A stretch of DNA of 64,000 nucleotides, from assembly GCF_009914755.1 (NCBI RefSeq), contig NC_060947.1; one strand, written 5' to 3'. A model generated the notes under the pieces. It searched no databases. It was not told where the DNA came from and was given only the letters and a program-made list of their open reading frames with translations. Below, piece after piece: positions 1 to 11,966 of this stretch. The stretch's first letter is position 1. Every line of letters starts with the position of its first letter. This stretch comes from the human T2T-CHM13v2.0 reference genome, Homo sapiens. The position numbers were made by a program, and so were the translations under genes.

Positions 1-730
1 TCATAGGGAAACAATCTAGGAATTTTACTGATGAGAAGCAGCCTTTGAATCAATTAATAAAACAAAATGAAACAAAACAAAAAAGCTAATGCAATCTTAG
101 GTGGCACTAGTAAAAGCCTAGTATCCAGATCTGTAAAATCAGGGTAATAATAATAATAATACCTTCCTCATAAGATTTTTGCAAGTATTAAATGAGAAAA
201 TTCCTGTAAAACACTTAGGAGTGGTTTAAGTGTATGCATTCAATGAATATGTTATTATTACTAAAAAGATATATGATAGTCCTGCTTTACTTGTGCAAAA
301 TCACATCTAGAAGAGTATGTCCATGTAGGGGATAATGAGGAGGGTAGAAGTATCAGAACAAATGTGAGGACTAGAGAAAACTTGGATGGAGAAGATAAGA
401 TAATGGCAGTCTTCCAAAATATTAAGGGCTTGTAAAGAAGAATTAGATTTACCCTTCATGACTCTAAGCATTACCAATAGGAGAAATAAGCAAAATGCAC
501 AGAGACTTATTTTAGATCTATAAGAACAAATTTCCTAATAATCAGAGTTATTCAAAATTGAAATGGACTGTTCAGGAAGTGGTGAGTTTCTTGTCACTTG
601 TGGTGTTTGGACAAAGGCCTGGCAGGAAACTCCATAAAGGGCATTCTTGCATGGGATGTATCTATGCATGAATCCATTTATTAAGATTGTTATGAAACAA
701 TTAGTTAACAGAAACCAGCCGTGGGTCAAC
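1..730 (+). mobile_element. Ancient CR1/L3 LINE 3' fragments, interrupted by a MIR
   Basis: aaaagctaatgcaatcttagg...gtatccag (~81-128) and aatggactgttcaggaagtggtgagtttcttgtcacttgtggtgttt (~562-608) resemble the L3/CR1 consensus. Confidence 0.55.
129..262 (+). mobile_element. MIR SINE fragment
   Basis: MIR core atctgtaaaat...ataataatacct..cataag...attaaatgaga...tgtaaaacacttag. Confidence 0.75.
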
Positions 731-802
731 AATCTGATAAACTCTAGTGGACATCTAAGGTTCTTTCCAACTCAATGACTGCATGATTTTGAAGAAACAG
801 GT

Positions 803-1149
803 ATAAGCTGTTCCTGACATGGGATTTTTTGATTTCATAATGGTGCAAAAGCAATATGCATTCAGTAGAAATGGTACGTAGAATTTTGAATTCTGGCCTT
901 TTTCCAGACTAGCAACATGAAGTAGGATACTCCTGTGATGCTGGGCAGTGGCAGCCAGCCACAGCTCCCAATCAGTCACTCGATCATGAGAGTAAGCAAC
1001 TGATCTGTAGGCTAATGTAAGCTTTCTTAACATGTTTAACATAGTCTAGGTTTGATAGTTTAGGTGTATTAAATGCATTGATTTTCAATATTTTCAACTT
1101 ACAATGGGTTTACTGAGATGTAACCTTATTAAAAATCAAGGAATAACTG
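803..1149 (-). mobile_element. MER47A-like TcMar-Tigger non-autonomous DNA transposon
   Basis: gatgctgggcagtggcagccagccacagctcccaatcagtcac and ttaggtgtattaaatgcatt...ttttcaacttacaatgggttta; ends ...ctg followed by ta. Confidence 0.7.
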
Positions 1150-2260
1150 TATCTTCAGCTTCTAGAGAAGATTGCTAAGCACCATGTAGAGGTTATTTTT
1201 CTTAGAACTTACCTCTGCTTCTTACTCATAATAGCTCCTACATTGCTTACTGCAAAAGTAAACACCTGCTATACTATTCCATGCTCTGCCCTAGACACCA
1301 ATGCCTCATGAATCACATCAAATACAAGTCTTTACCATCTGAGCAGCATGACTTTATTTATTTTTTTTCCTCAACTCATCTGCAATGCTAGAGGGGCTGT
1401 CCACAGCTTCCAATTCGGGCTTTGCTGCCACTGTGTGATGCTTCATGTTGAAGCAGCATTTTCTTTTCAATGTAAACATTTTTAGAAACACTGTGAGGAG
1501 ATTTCAGTGTAACAAATGTACCAGAATAGCTGTGTCTAGCCTGCTGGGTGAAATCCTTTTTTGAAATAATGTTGGAACAAAGAAATTCATTCCCTGTAAA
1601 TGGGGAGCTAGTTAGTAAATCATATAAACAGTATTCACACCCTGTGTTCCAGACGAGGTGCTCTCCCTGCTGCTGTCAGCAACATTTGCTGCCAAGTCCA
1701 CTAACTACTTTACCCTGACCTTCAGTGGATAAACAATATAATCTTCCATGCTGCATCTCATTAGCATCTGCTAGTCAAGAAAAGCATGTCTGTTTCATAA
1801 TTACATCACGAAAGCATCTTGCTGTATTAGAACAGCAAAGCATTTGAATTAGAAAATGCACTTGTCCAAGATTTCCAAGCCAGTATAAAAGAATTACAAT
1901 TGCCATCATTTTACTTGTTATGTATGTCCGGTATAGAACATGGTCTGATGGTAGAGTGGGAAGAGAAGGTATAAACTGGTCACAATCTTCCATATTTATT
2001 TTAATGTTTTACACTCATCTTGATTTTGTCAAATGTATTATTTTTAAAATTTCTAACTTACCCTTTAAAAAAGAACATACAACAACATTTTAACTATTTT
2101 CCTTGGGAACAAAAAGTTTTCCCTTGCCCTTGTTGAATGACAATTTGTAAGTCTGTCCTAATAAATTTATCAAACTAGTTATACATTCATATCCATTTAG
2201 CAATATCTATAATGTCACCATTTCTAAAAGAGGCAGCAGTGTGAAAAGGTTATCAATTTA

Positions 2261-2511
2261 TTTTTTAAATTATTTTTATTTTTAATTTTTGTGGGTACAT
2301 GGTGTATATATTTATTGGGTACATGAGATGTTTTGATACAGGCATGCAATGTGAAATAATCACATCATGGAGAATGAAGTATGCATCTTCTCAAACGTTT
2401 ATACTTTGTGTTACAAACAATCCAATTATACTCTTTTGTTGTTGAAAGGGTGGTGGGGGTTAGGGGGTGGGGATGGTTAATGGGTACAAAAAATAGACAT
2501 AATTTATAGTC
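2261..2511 (-). mobile_element. Short L1MA 3'-end insertion with 5' inversion and 15-bp TSD
   Basis: Antisense L1MA 3'UTR at 2261-2437, opposite-orientation piece at ~2444-2497; aaggttatcaattta at 2246-2260 and 2512-2526. Confidence 0.85.
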
Positions 2512-2934
2512 AAGGTTATCAATTTAGAAGAACTTAAGTCAACAAAGCAGAACTTCCTAATATGAAATCAAATGAGGTGGCTTAACATTGCCCCTTATTC
2601 TGTCATTTGTATGAAGGTCTAGATGATGCCATCATTCTACTTTAGGGGAAATATTAGGACGATATAATGGAGCTATCTTTGATGGGGGAGTGGAATGACT
2701 GGCATAATTTTGCCTCCTGGAGTGAATGGTAAACAAACAGAAAGGAAAATAGCCACAGCTACTTAGAACTTCATGGCCAAAAGGGATGAGAAAGATCAAT
2801 GATTAAAAGGTTATAAAGTTGCATAGAACATAAGCAGAAGCATGTACTTTCTATCCATAGGAACTGTAGGATTAGCCAATGAGTTTTAAAATGGTGGTGG
2901 GTGAAATTTTTTCAAATGGGCCTTGATTCAAAAC

Positions 2935-3278
2935 ATTTAAAAAATGGGAACACTCACTTAAAAATGGGTGAAATACTTAAAGTAATTCACAAAATACATA
3001 TAGCTAGAGTCTGGAAAAATTCATATGCACTAGAACTTAGAGGTAAAAACTGAATAAAAAATGGGATATTGTTTATCACCTATGAACTTAATAAAAATGA
3101 CAAAGAATGATAATACTTAGTATTGGTGATTGTGTTGACAAATGGGCATTCTAATTCACTGCTGGTGTATACATTTTCTGAAGAGCAAGCTGAAGGTCAA
3201 TATACCAACATGCTAACTGACTTTTCTGAGAGGTGAAACTGTAAGTGATTTTACTTTACTTCTTTACATTTCCTGCAG
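2935..3278 (+). mobile_element. Highly diverged L1ME-type fragments
   Basis: gataatacttagtattggtga...aaatgggcattct..ttcactgctggtg resembles the old L1 ORF2 end. Confidence 0.5.
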
Positions 3279-3288
3279 CCCACAAATA

Positions 3289-4122
3289 ATTTTTTTTAAT
3301 TTTTAATTTTTGTGAGTACACAATAGGTGTGCATATTTATGAGGTACATGAGATATTTTGATACAGGTATATAACACATAATAATCATATCAGGGTAAAT
3401 GGGGGTATCCATCACCTCAAGCAATTATCATGACTGTGTTACAAATATTCCGATAATACTGTTTTAGTTATATTTAGATGTACAATAAATTATTGTTTAC
3501 TGTAATCACCTTGTTGTGCTTTCAAATACTAGATTGTATTCATTCTATCTAACTATATTTTTGTACCCATTAACCATTCCCACTTTCCTTCCCCCCGAGT
3601 ACCCTTCTCAGCCTCTGGTAACCATCACTCTACTATCTACCTCCATGACTACAATTGTTTTAATTTTTAGCTCCCACATATGAGTGAAAACATATGAAGT
3701 TCGTCTTTCTGAGCCTGGATTATTTCACTTAACACAATGGCCTCCAGTTCCAAAAATATTGTTGCAAAAGACAGGATCTCATTCCTTTTTATGGCTGACT
3801 AGTACTCCATTGTCTATATAAACAATGTTTCCTTTATCCATTCATCTGTTGATCGATGCTTAGGTTGCTTCCTAATCTTGGCTATTGTGAATAGTGCTGC
3901 AATAAATAAGAGAAGACAGATAGCTCTTTGATATACTGATACCTACCAGTGGGGTTGTTGAATCATATGGTAGTTCTGTATTTAGGTATTTAAGGAACCT
4001 CCATACTGTTCTTCATATTGGTTGTACAAATTTACATTTCGAACAACAATGTGAGTGTTTCTTTTACTCTGTATCCTTACAAGCATTTGCTATTACCTGT
4101 CTTTTGGGTAGAAGCCATTTTA
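3289..4122 (-). mobile_element. L1MA (L1MA2/3-like) 3' end; host element, part 1
   Basis: T-rich tail, then atttatgaggtacatgagatattttgatacagg and atcagggtaaatggggg..tccatcacctcaagca; breaks at agaagccatttta. Confidence 0.9.
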
Positions 4123-6110
4123 GAGCTTGGGGATGGAGTTTGATGGTAAAATAGAAGGCTCCACTCATTATCCCCCTCATAAGGACAACAATTTAAGTAC
4201 TATCTACACAAAAATGGCCCCTTCATAAGAACCAAAAGTCAGGTGAGCACTCACAGTACTTGATTTTAGCTTTATGTTTCTGAAAGAGGCACTGAAGAGG
4301 TAGAAAAAAACGGTATTGAATCACTGACATCACCCACCCCCATCTCCCAGCAGTGGTGGTGTATTGCAGAAAGCATTTCTGTGCAACGGGGAGAGGGAGA
4401 GTGCAGCAATTGAATTCATTGAGTTCACTAAGCATTGAACTCAGTGATGCCCTGTTATAGCAGAAAATAAAACTGGATCAAACTCAGCAGATGCAAGCCC
4501 ACAGAGGGAGAATTTAAACCAGCCCCAGCCAGAGGGGAATCACCAATCTCAGTGGTCTAAACTTTATTTCCAGCAAGCCTCACCACCATAGACTAAAGGG
4601 CTCTGGGACCCCAAATAAACTTGAAAGGCAGTCTAGGCCACAGGACTGGTACTCCTAGGTGAGTCCTAGTGCTGAACTGGATCCAGAGCCAATGGACTGG
4701 GAGGGGCACATGACCTACTGAAACATCAGCTGAAGTGACTACAAGAGGGCTGGTATCACTCCTCCTCTAACCCCAGGCTACACAGCTCACGGCTTCAACA
4801 GTGACCCCTTCCTCTGCTTGAGGAGGGAAGAGGTAAGAGTAGGGAGGATTTTGTCTTGCATTTTGGATACCAGCTTAGCCACAGTAGGATAGGGCACTAC
4901 TCAGAGTTGTGAGACCCCCCAACCCTTTCCAAGTCCTAGCTCCCAGATAACACTTATAGACACACCTGGGACAGAAGGGAGACTGCTGTCTTGAAGGGAA
5001 GGACCCAGTCCTGGCAGGATTTATCACCTGCTATCTAAAGAACCCTTGAGTCCTGAATAATCAGCAGCAATACACAAGTACTACATCAAGTACCTTGGTT
5101 GAGACTCTGAGACTTGCTGGCTTCAGGTGAGACAGCACATTCCTAGCTGTGGTGGCTACAGGGCAGGACTCCTTTAGCCTGAGAAAAGTGGAGAGAAAAA
5201 TAAAGGGGAGTTTGTCTTGCACCTTAGGTACGAACTTGGCCACAGGGATACAGAGCACCAAGTGGGATCTTAGGGTCTGTAATTCCAGGATGAGGCTCTT
5301 GGATGACATTTCTGAACCTGCTCTGGGCAAGAGGGGAGACCACTGTCCTATCTGACTGAAGTGCACTTGGGCCTCAAGGAAACATCAGAAGTAGTGTGGC
5401 AGTACTCCCCATGGGCCTGTGGTGGCAGTGGCCATGGGATAAGGCTCCTCTGCCGTTGCAGAGGGGAGGACAGAATCAGAATGGCTGTGTCTTGTCATTT
5501 GAGTGCCAGCTCAGCTGTAGTACAATAAAACATCAAGTAGGCTTCAAAGGTTTGTCTCTAGTCCCTGCCTCCCAGACCACACCTCTGGACCTGTATGGGA
5601 CCTAGGGCAACTCGCCACCCTTAAGGGAAAAACACCGGCCTGGCTGGCTTCACAATCTGCTAAATGTGGAGTACCAGGGCCATGAGCAAATATAGGCCAT
5701 AGCCAGTATGTTATTACAGCAGGCCCTTGGTTAGACCCAGTTCTGTGCTGGCTTCAGGTCTGACCAAGTGCAGTCATAGTGGTGATGGCCACAGGGGTGG
5801 TTGTGTCACTCCACCGCCAGCTGCAGGAAGCTAAGAACAGAGAGAGAGGGAGAGAGTCCATTGGTTTGGAGAAAGGGAGGGAAGTAAATAAGAGTCTCTG
5901 TCTGGTAATCCAGAGTATTCCTCTAGATCTTGTTCAAGACCATCAAGGTGGTGCCTCCATGAGTCTACAAGAATCACAACATTACTGGACTTGGGGTGAC
6001 TCATAAAGTAGATACAGTTTAGATCACAACACCCAAGGTTTTAAGGTTTTTTGAATATCCAGAAAACCTTCCCAAGAAGGACAGATACAAACAAGCCCAG
6101 ACTTGAGAAG

Positions 6111-6480
6111 TGGTGCGGTTTGGCTGCGTCCCCACCCAAATCTCATCTTGAATTGTAGTTACTATAATCCCCCCATGTCATGGGAGTGACATGGTGGGAG
6201 GTAATTGAATCATGGGAGTGGTTACCCTCATTCTGTTCTCATGATAGTGAGTGAGTTCTCACGAGGTCTGATGGTTTTATTACGGGCTTTTCCCCCTTTG
6301 CTTGGCACTTCTTTCTCCTACTGCCATGTGAAGAAGGATGTGTTTGCTTCCACTTCCACCATGACTGTAAATTTCCTGAGGCCTTCCTAGCCATGCAGAA
6401 CTGTGAGTCAGTTAAACCTCTTTTCTTTATCAATTAGTCTCAGGTATTTCTTCATAGCAGCATGAGAACAGGCTAATACA
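6111..6480 (+). mobile_element. THE1D-like MaLR solo LTR in the L1 5'UTR
   Basis: tggtgcggtttggctg..ccccacccaaatctcatcttgaattgtag ... gctaataca; 5-bp TSD agaag/acaag; L1 5'UTR resumes after it. Confidence 0.92.
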
Positions 6481-6510
6481 ACAAGACTATAATAAATATC
6501 TAACTCTTCA

Positions 6511-7477
6511 ATGCCCATACACAGATAAACTTCTACAGATATCAAGACCATTCAGGAAAACCTAACCTCATCAAATGAGCTCAATAAGTCACCAGGAACA
6601 TATCTTGGAGAAATAGAGATATGTGAACTTTCAGAGAAATAATTAAAACTAGTTGTTTTGAAAAAACTCAAAGAAATTCAAGATAATTCAGAGAAGGAAT
6701 ATACAGTTCCATCAGACAAATTTAATAAAGAGATTACAATAATTTTTTAAAAAATCAAGCAGAAATTCTGGAGCTGAAAAATACAACTGGCATAATGAAG
6801 AATGCATCAGAGTCTCTTAACTGCAGAACTGATCAAGCAAAAGAAATATTTATTGAGCTTGAAGGCAGTCTATTTGAAAATACACAGAAGAGACAAAAGA
6901 AAAAAAGTATAAAAAACAGGGAAGAATGCCAACAGAATCTACAAATGGCCTCAAATGGTGAAACTAAGAGTTTTGGGCCTTAAAGTGAAGGTAGAAAAAG
7001 AAATAGGGGTAGAAAATTTATTCAAAATGATAATAACAGAGAACTTCCCAAACCTAGAGGAAGATATCAATATCCAAGTACAAGAAGGTTACAGAACACA
7101 AAGCAGATTTAACCCCAAGAAAACTTCCTCAAGGTGTTTATTAATTAAACTCTCAAAGGTCAAAGATAAAGAAAGAATCCTAGAATCATCCAGAGAAAAG
7201 AAACAAATAACATGCAATAGAGCTCCAATGCATCTGGCAGCAGACTTTTCAGCAAAAACCTTACAGGTCAAGAGAGAGTAGCATGACATATTTAATGCGC
7301 TGCAGGAAAAAATGATACCCTAGAATAGTATACCTGGTGAAAATATTCTTCAAACAAGAAGGAGAAATAAAGACTTTCCCAGACAAACAAAAGCTGGGAA
7401 ATTTCATTAACACCAGACCTGTCCTAAAAGAAATGCTAAAGGGAGAACTTCAATCAGAAAGAAAAAGGTGTTAATAA
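6511..7477 (+). pseudogene. Disrupted LINE-1 ORF1p
   Basis: ORF 6955-7281 IITENFPNLEEDINIQVQEGYRT...LAADFS matches L1 ORF1p; stops and frameshifts. Confidence 0.85.
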
Positions 7478-7933
7478 GCAGTAAGAAATCATGTGAAAGT
7501 ACAAAACACATTGGTAATAGCAAGTATACAGAAAAGCACAAAATATTATAACACAGTAATTATGATGTGTAAACTACACTTAAGTAGAAATACTGAACAA
7601 TGAAACCATAAAAAAACTACAAAAGCTTTTCAAGACATAGACAGTACAATAAGATATAAGTAGAAACAACAAAACCTGAACAATTGAGAAGAACTTAAGA
7701 AGTATTTTTTTTTGCTTGTTTGTTTAGCAAACAGTGTTGTTATTGGATTAAGAAAACAGGTTATAAGATAATATTTATAAGCCTTATTGTAACTTGATTC
7801 ACCATACAACAGACACAAAAAATTAAAAGCAAAAAACTAAATTATATCAGTAGAGAAAATCACCTTCACTGAAAAGAAGATGGAAGGAAAAAAAAGAAGA
7901 GAAAACACAAAACAACGGAAAACATATAACAAA

Positions 7934-10900
7934 ATGGTGGGAATAAGTCCTTACTTATCACTAATAACATTGACTGTAAATGAACTAAACTCTCCAATAA
8001 AAAGACATAGAGTGGCTGAATGCATTAAAAAAAATAAGACCCCATGATCTGTTGCCTACAAGAAACACAATTAACATATGAAGACACACACAAAAAGACT
8101 GAAAATAAAACGAGATAAAAAGATATCTCACACGAATGGGAAAAAAGATAAGTAGTAGTATGCTTATATCAGACAAGATAGATTTAAAGATAAAAACTAT
8201 AAGAAGAGACAAGGACCACCACTATATAATGATAAGGGGGTCAATTCAGCAAGAGGACAGAACAATTTTTAATATATATGCACCCAACACTGGAGCACCC
8301 AGATGTATAAAGCAAACAATTTTTAATATATAACATAACAATTTTTAATATATATGCACCCAACACTGGAGCACCCAGATATAAAGCAAATATTAGAGCT
8401 GAAGAGAGAGATAAGTCCCAATACAATAATATCTGGAGATTGCAACACCTCACTTTCAACACTGGACAGATCTTCCGACAGAAATTCAACAAAGAAACAA
8501 ACAGAAACTGCACTATGGACCAAATAGACCTAATAGATATTTATAGAACATTTCATACAATGGCTGCAGGGTACTCATTATTCTCCTCAGCACATAAATC
8601 ATTCTCAAGGATAGACCATATGTTAGGCCACAAAACAAGCTTAAAAATATTGAAAAAATTAAAATAATATCAAGTATCTTCTCTGACCATAATGGAATTA
8701 AACTAAAAATCAATAACAAGGGGAATTTTGGAAACTATACAAATACATGGAAATTAAACAATATGCTCCTGAATGACCCCTGGGTCAATGAATAAATTAA
8801 GAAAGACATAGAAAAATTCTTTTAAACAAACGATAATGGAAACACAACATATTAAAACCTGTGGGATACAGCAAAAGCAGTACGAAGAGGCAATCATAAT
8901 ACTTTGTACATAGTACTTTTGCCTTACTATGTTGAAACATCTTAGAGAACTAGAAAATCAAAGCAAACCAAATGTGAAATCAGTAGGATATAAGAAATAA
9001 AGGACAGAAACAAAGGAATTAAAATAAAGAAAATAAAGGAACAGAAATAAAGGAATTGAAGTGATACAAGGGACATATCTTAATGTAATAAAAGCTATCT
9101 GACAAACCTACAGCCAACATAATACTGAATGAGGAAAAGTTGAAGGCATTCCCCCTAAGAACGAGAACAAGACAAGGATGCCCATTCTCACCACTCCTCT
9201 TCAACATAGTACTGGAAGTCTTAGCCAGAGCAATCAGACAAAAAGAGATAAAGGGCATCCAAATCAGTAAAGAGGAAGTCAAACTGTCCCTGTTTGCTGA
9301 TGATATGATTGTTTACATTGAAAACCCCAAGGACTCCTCCAGAAAGCTCTTAGAACTGATTAAAAATTCAGCAAAGTTTCTGGATACAAGATTAATGTAC
9401 ACAGATCAGTAGATCTTCTATACACCAATAGTGACCAAGCAGAGAATCAAATCAAGAACTCAACCCCTTTCACAATAGCTGCAAAAATATATAAAATACT
9501 TATGAATATACCTAACAAAGGAATAAAAAGACATCTACAAGGAAAACTACAAAACACTGCTAAAAGAAATCATAAAATCATAGATGACACAAACAAATTG
9601 AAACACATCCCATGCTCATGAATGTGTAGAATCAATATTGCAAAAATGACCATACTGCCAAAAGCAATCTACAAATTCTAAGCAATCGATGGGATATATC
9701 GTATGAACAAAATGATGATGAAAACAATGTGATTATTTCAATTGATGCAAAAAACCATTTTATAAAATATAACATCCTTCATGATAAAAATGCTCAAAAA
9801 ATTGACTACAGAAGAAACATATGTCAACATACTAAAAGGCCATATATGATAGATAAGCAGCCAGTATCATAATGAATGGAAAGAAAATTAAATCTTTCCT
9901 TTAAGATCTGGAAAACAACAGAGATGCTCACTTTCACCACTGTTATTCAATGTAGAACTGGAAGTCTTATCTAGAGCAATCAGACAAGAGAAAGAAATGA
10001 AGGGCATCTAAGTTAGAAAGGAAAAAGTCAAATTATCCCTGTTTGCAGATACTATGATCTTATATTTGGAAAAACCTGAAGACTCCACAAACAACAACAA
10101 CCAAAAACTATTAGAACTGATAAACAAATTCAGTAAAGTTCCAGGATTAAAAAAAACATACAAAAATCAGTAGCATTTCTATAGGCCAACACTGAACATC
10201 CTGAAAAAGAAATTGTAAAAGTAATCACATTTATAATAATTATAGATAAAATCAAGTACCTAAGAATTAACCAAAGAAGTGAAAGATCTCTATAATGAAA
10301 ACTGTTAAATACTGATGAAAGCATTTGAAGAGGACACCAAAAAATGGAAAAATAACAAAACTGGAGAAATTACATTACCTGACTTTGAATTATACTATAG
10401 AGTTACAATAACCAAAACAGCATAGAACTGGCATAAAAACAGAAACATAGACCAATGGAACAGAATAGAGAACCCACAAACAAATGCACACACCTATAGT
10501 GAATTCAATTTCGACTAAGGTGCCAATAACATGTACTGGGGAAAAGACAGTCTCTTCAATAAATAGTGCTGGTAAAACTGGATATCCATATGCAGAAGAG
10601 ACTAGACCCCATCCCTGGACACATACAAAAATCAAAACAAAAAGAATTAAAGCCTTAAATGGAAGATTTCAAACTACAAAACTACTAAAAGAGAACTTTG
10701 GGCAAACTCTCCAGGACATTGGACTGGGCAAAGGTTTCATGAGTAATACTTCACAAGCACAGGCAACCAAAGCAAAAATGGACAAATGGGATCACATCAA
10801 GTTAAATAGCATCTGCATAGCAAAGGATACAATCAACAAAGTGGAGAAACAACTCACAGAATAGGAGAAAATATTTGCAAACTACCCATCTGACAGGGAA

Positions 10901-11600
10901 TTAATAACGAGACTATAAAAGGAGCTCAAACAACTCTACAGGAAAAAAATCTAAAAATCCAATCAAAAAATGGGCCAAACATCTGAGGAGACATTTCCCA
11001 AAAGAAGCCATAAAATTTGCAAACAGGTATATGTAACAGGCATATGTGCTCAACATCTTTGATTAGCAGAGAAATGCAAATCAAAACTACAATGAGATAT
11101 CATCTCATCCCAGTTAAAACAGCTTATATACAAAAGACAGGCAATGACAAATTCTGGTGAGGATGTGGCAAAAAGGAAACCCTTGTACACTCTTGGTGGG
11201 AATGTAAATCAGTACAACCACTATGATGAAAAATTTCAGGTTCCTCAATAAACTAAAAATAGAGCTACCACATGACCCAGCAATCCCCCTGCTGGTTTTA
11301 TGCCTGAAAGAAAGGACATTAGTATATTGAGGAGATATCTGCACTCCCATGTTTGTTGTAGCAATGTTCACAATAGCCAAGAATTGGAAGCCACATAAGT
11401 GCCCATCAGCAGATGAACACATAAAGAAAATATGGTACTTATACACAACAGAGTGCTACTCAACCATAAAAAAGAATGAGATTCTGTTATTTGCAACAAC
11501 ATGAATGGAACTGGAGGTCATTATGCTAAGCTAAATAAGCCTAGCACAGAAAAACAAACATAACATGTTCTCACTTATTTGTGGGATCTAACATTCAAAG
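7934..11600 (+). pseudogene. Disrupted, rearranged LINE-1 ORF2p (endonuclease/RT)
   Basis: NIYAPNTGAP and SRIDHMLGHK (EN); [24 protein letters not shown]...LFADDMIVY (RT); KAKMDKWDHIKL. Confidence 0.88.
9064..9687 (+). mobile_element. Internal ORF2 RT fragment of a different L1 subfamily (L1PB-like) embedded in the L1MA
   Basis: gactcctccagaaagctcttagaactg and gaccaagcagagaatcaaatcaagaactcaacccc resemble L1PB; the same RT segment recurs in L1MA form at ~9820-10350. Confidence 0.75.
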
Positions 11601-11966
11601 CAATTGAACTTATGGAAATAGATGTAGAAAGATGGTTACCAGAGGCTGGGAAGGTTAATGGAGCAGTAGGGTGAGATGTGTACGGTTAATGGGTACCAAT
11701 AATAGTTAGAATGAATGAATAAAGCCTAGTACTTGATAATACAACAGGATGACTGTAGTCAATAATAATTTAATTGTACATTTAAAAATATCTAAAAGAG
11801 TATAATTGAATTATTTGTAACACAATTGGTAAATGTTTGAGGAGATGGATACCTCATTTTACATGATATGATTATTAAGCATTACATGTTTATGTCAAAA
11901 CATCTCACATATCCTATAAATATGTATACCTACTATGTGCCCACAGAAATTAAAATACAAATATTT

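Larger units (their letters stand above)
4123..11966 (+). mobile_element. Near full-length L1MA1/L1MA2-type LINE-1 nested in the antisense L1MA
   Basis: 5'UTR start gatggtaaaatagaaggctccac...ccttcataagaaccaaaagtcaggtgagcactcacagtac; ORF1/ORF2 remnants; L1MA 3'UTR; diverged TSD agaagccatttta (4110-4122) / aaaagtcacttta (11967-11979). Confidence 0.92.

Noticed and set aside
9140-9412. RT-motif ORF (QGCP...FADD) as a novel retron, DGR or defence system
   Set aside because: Ordinary disrupted LINE-1 ORF2 in a eukaryotic repeat context
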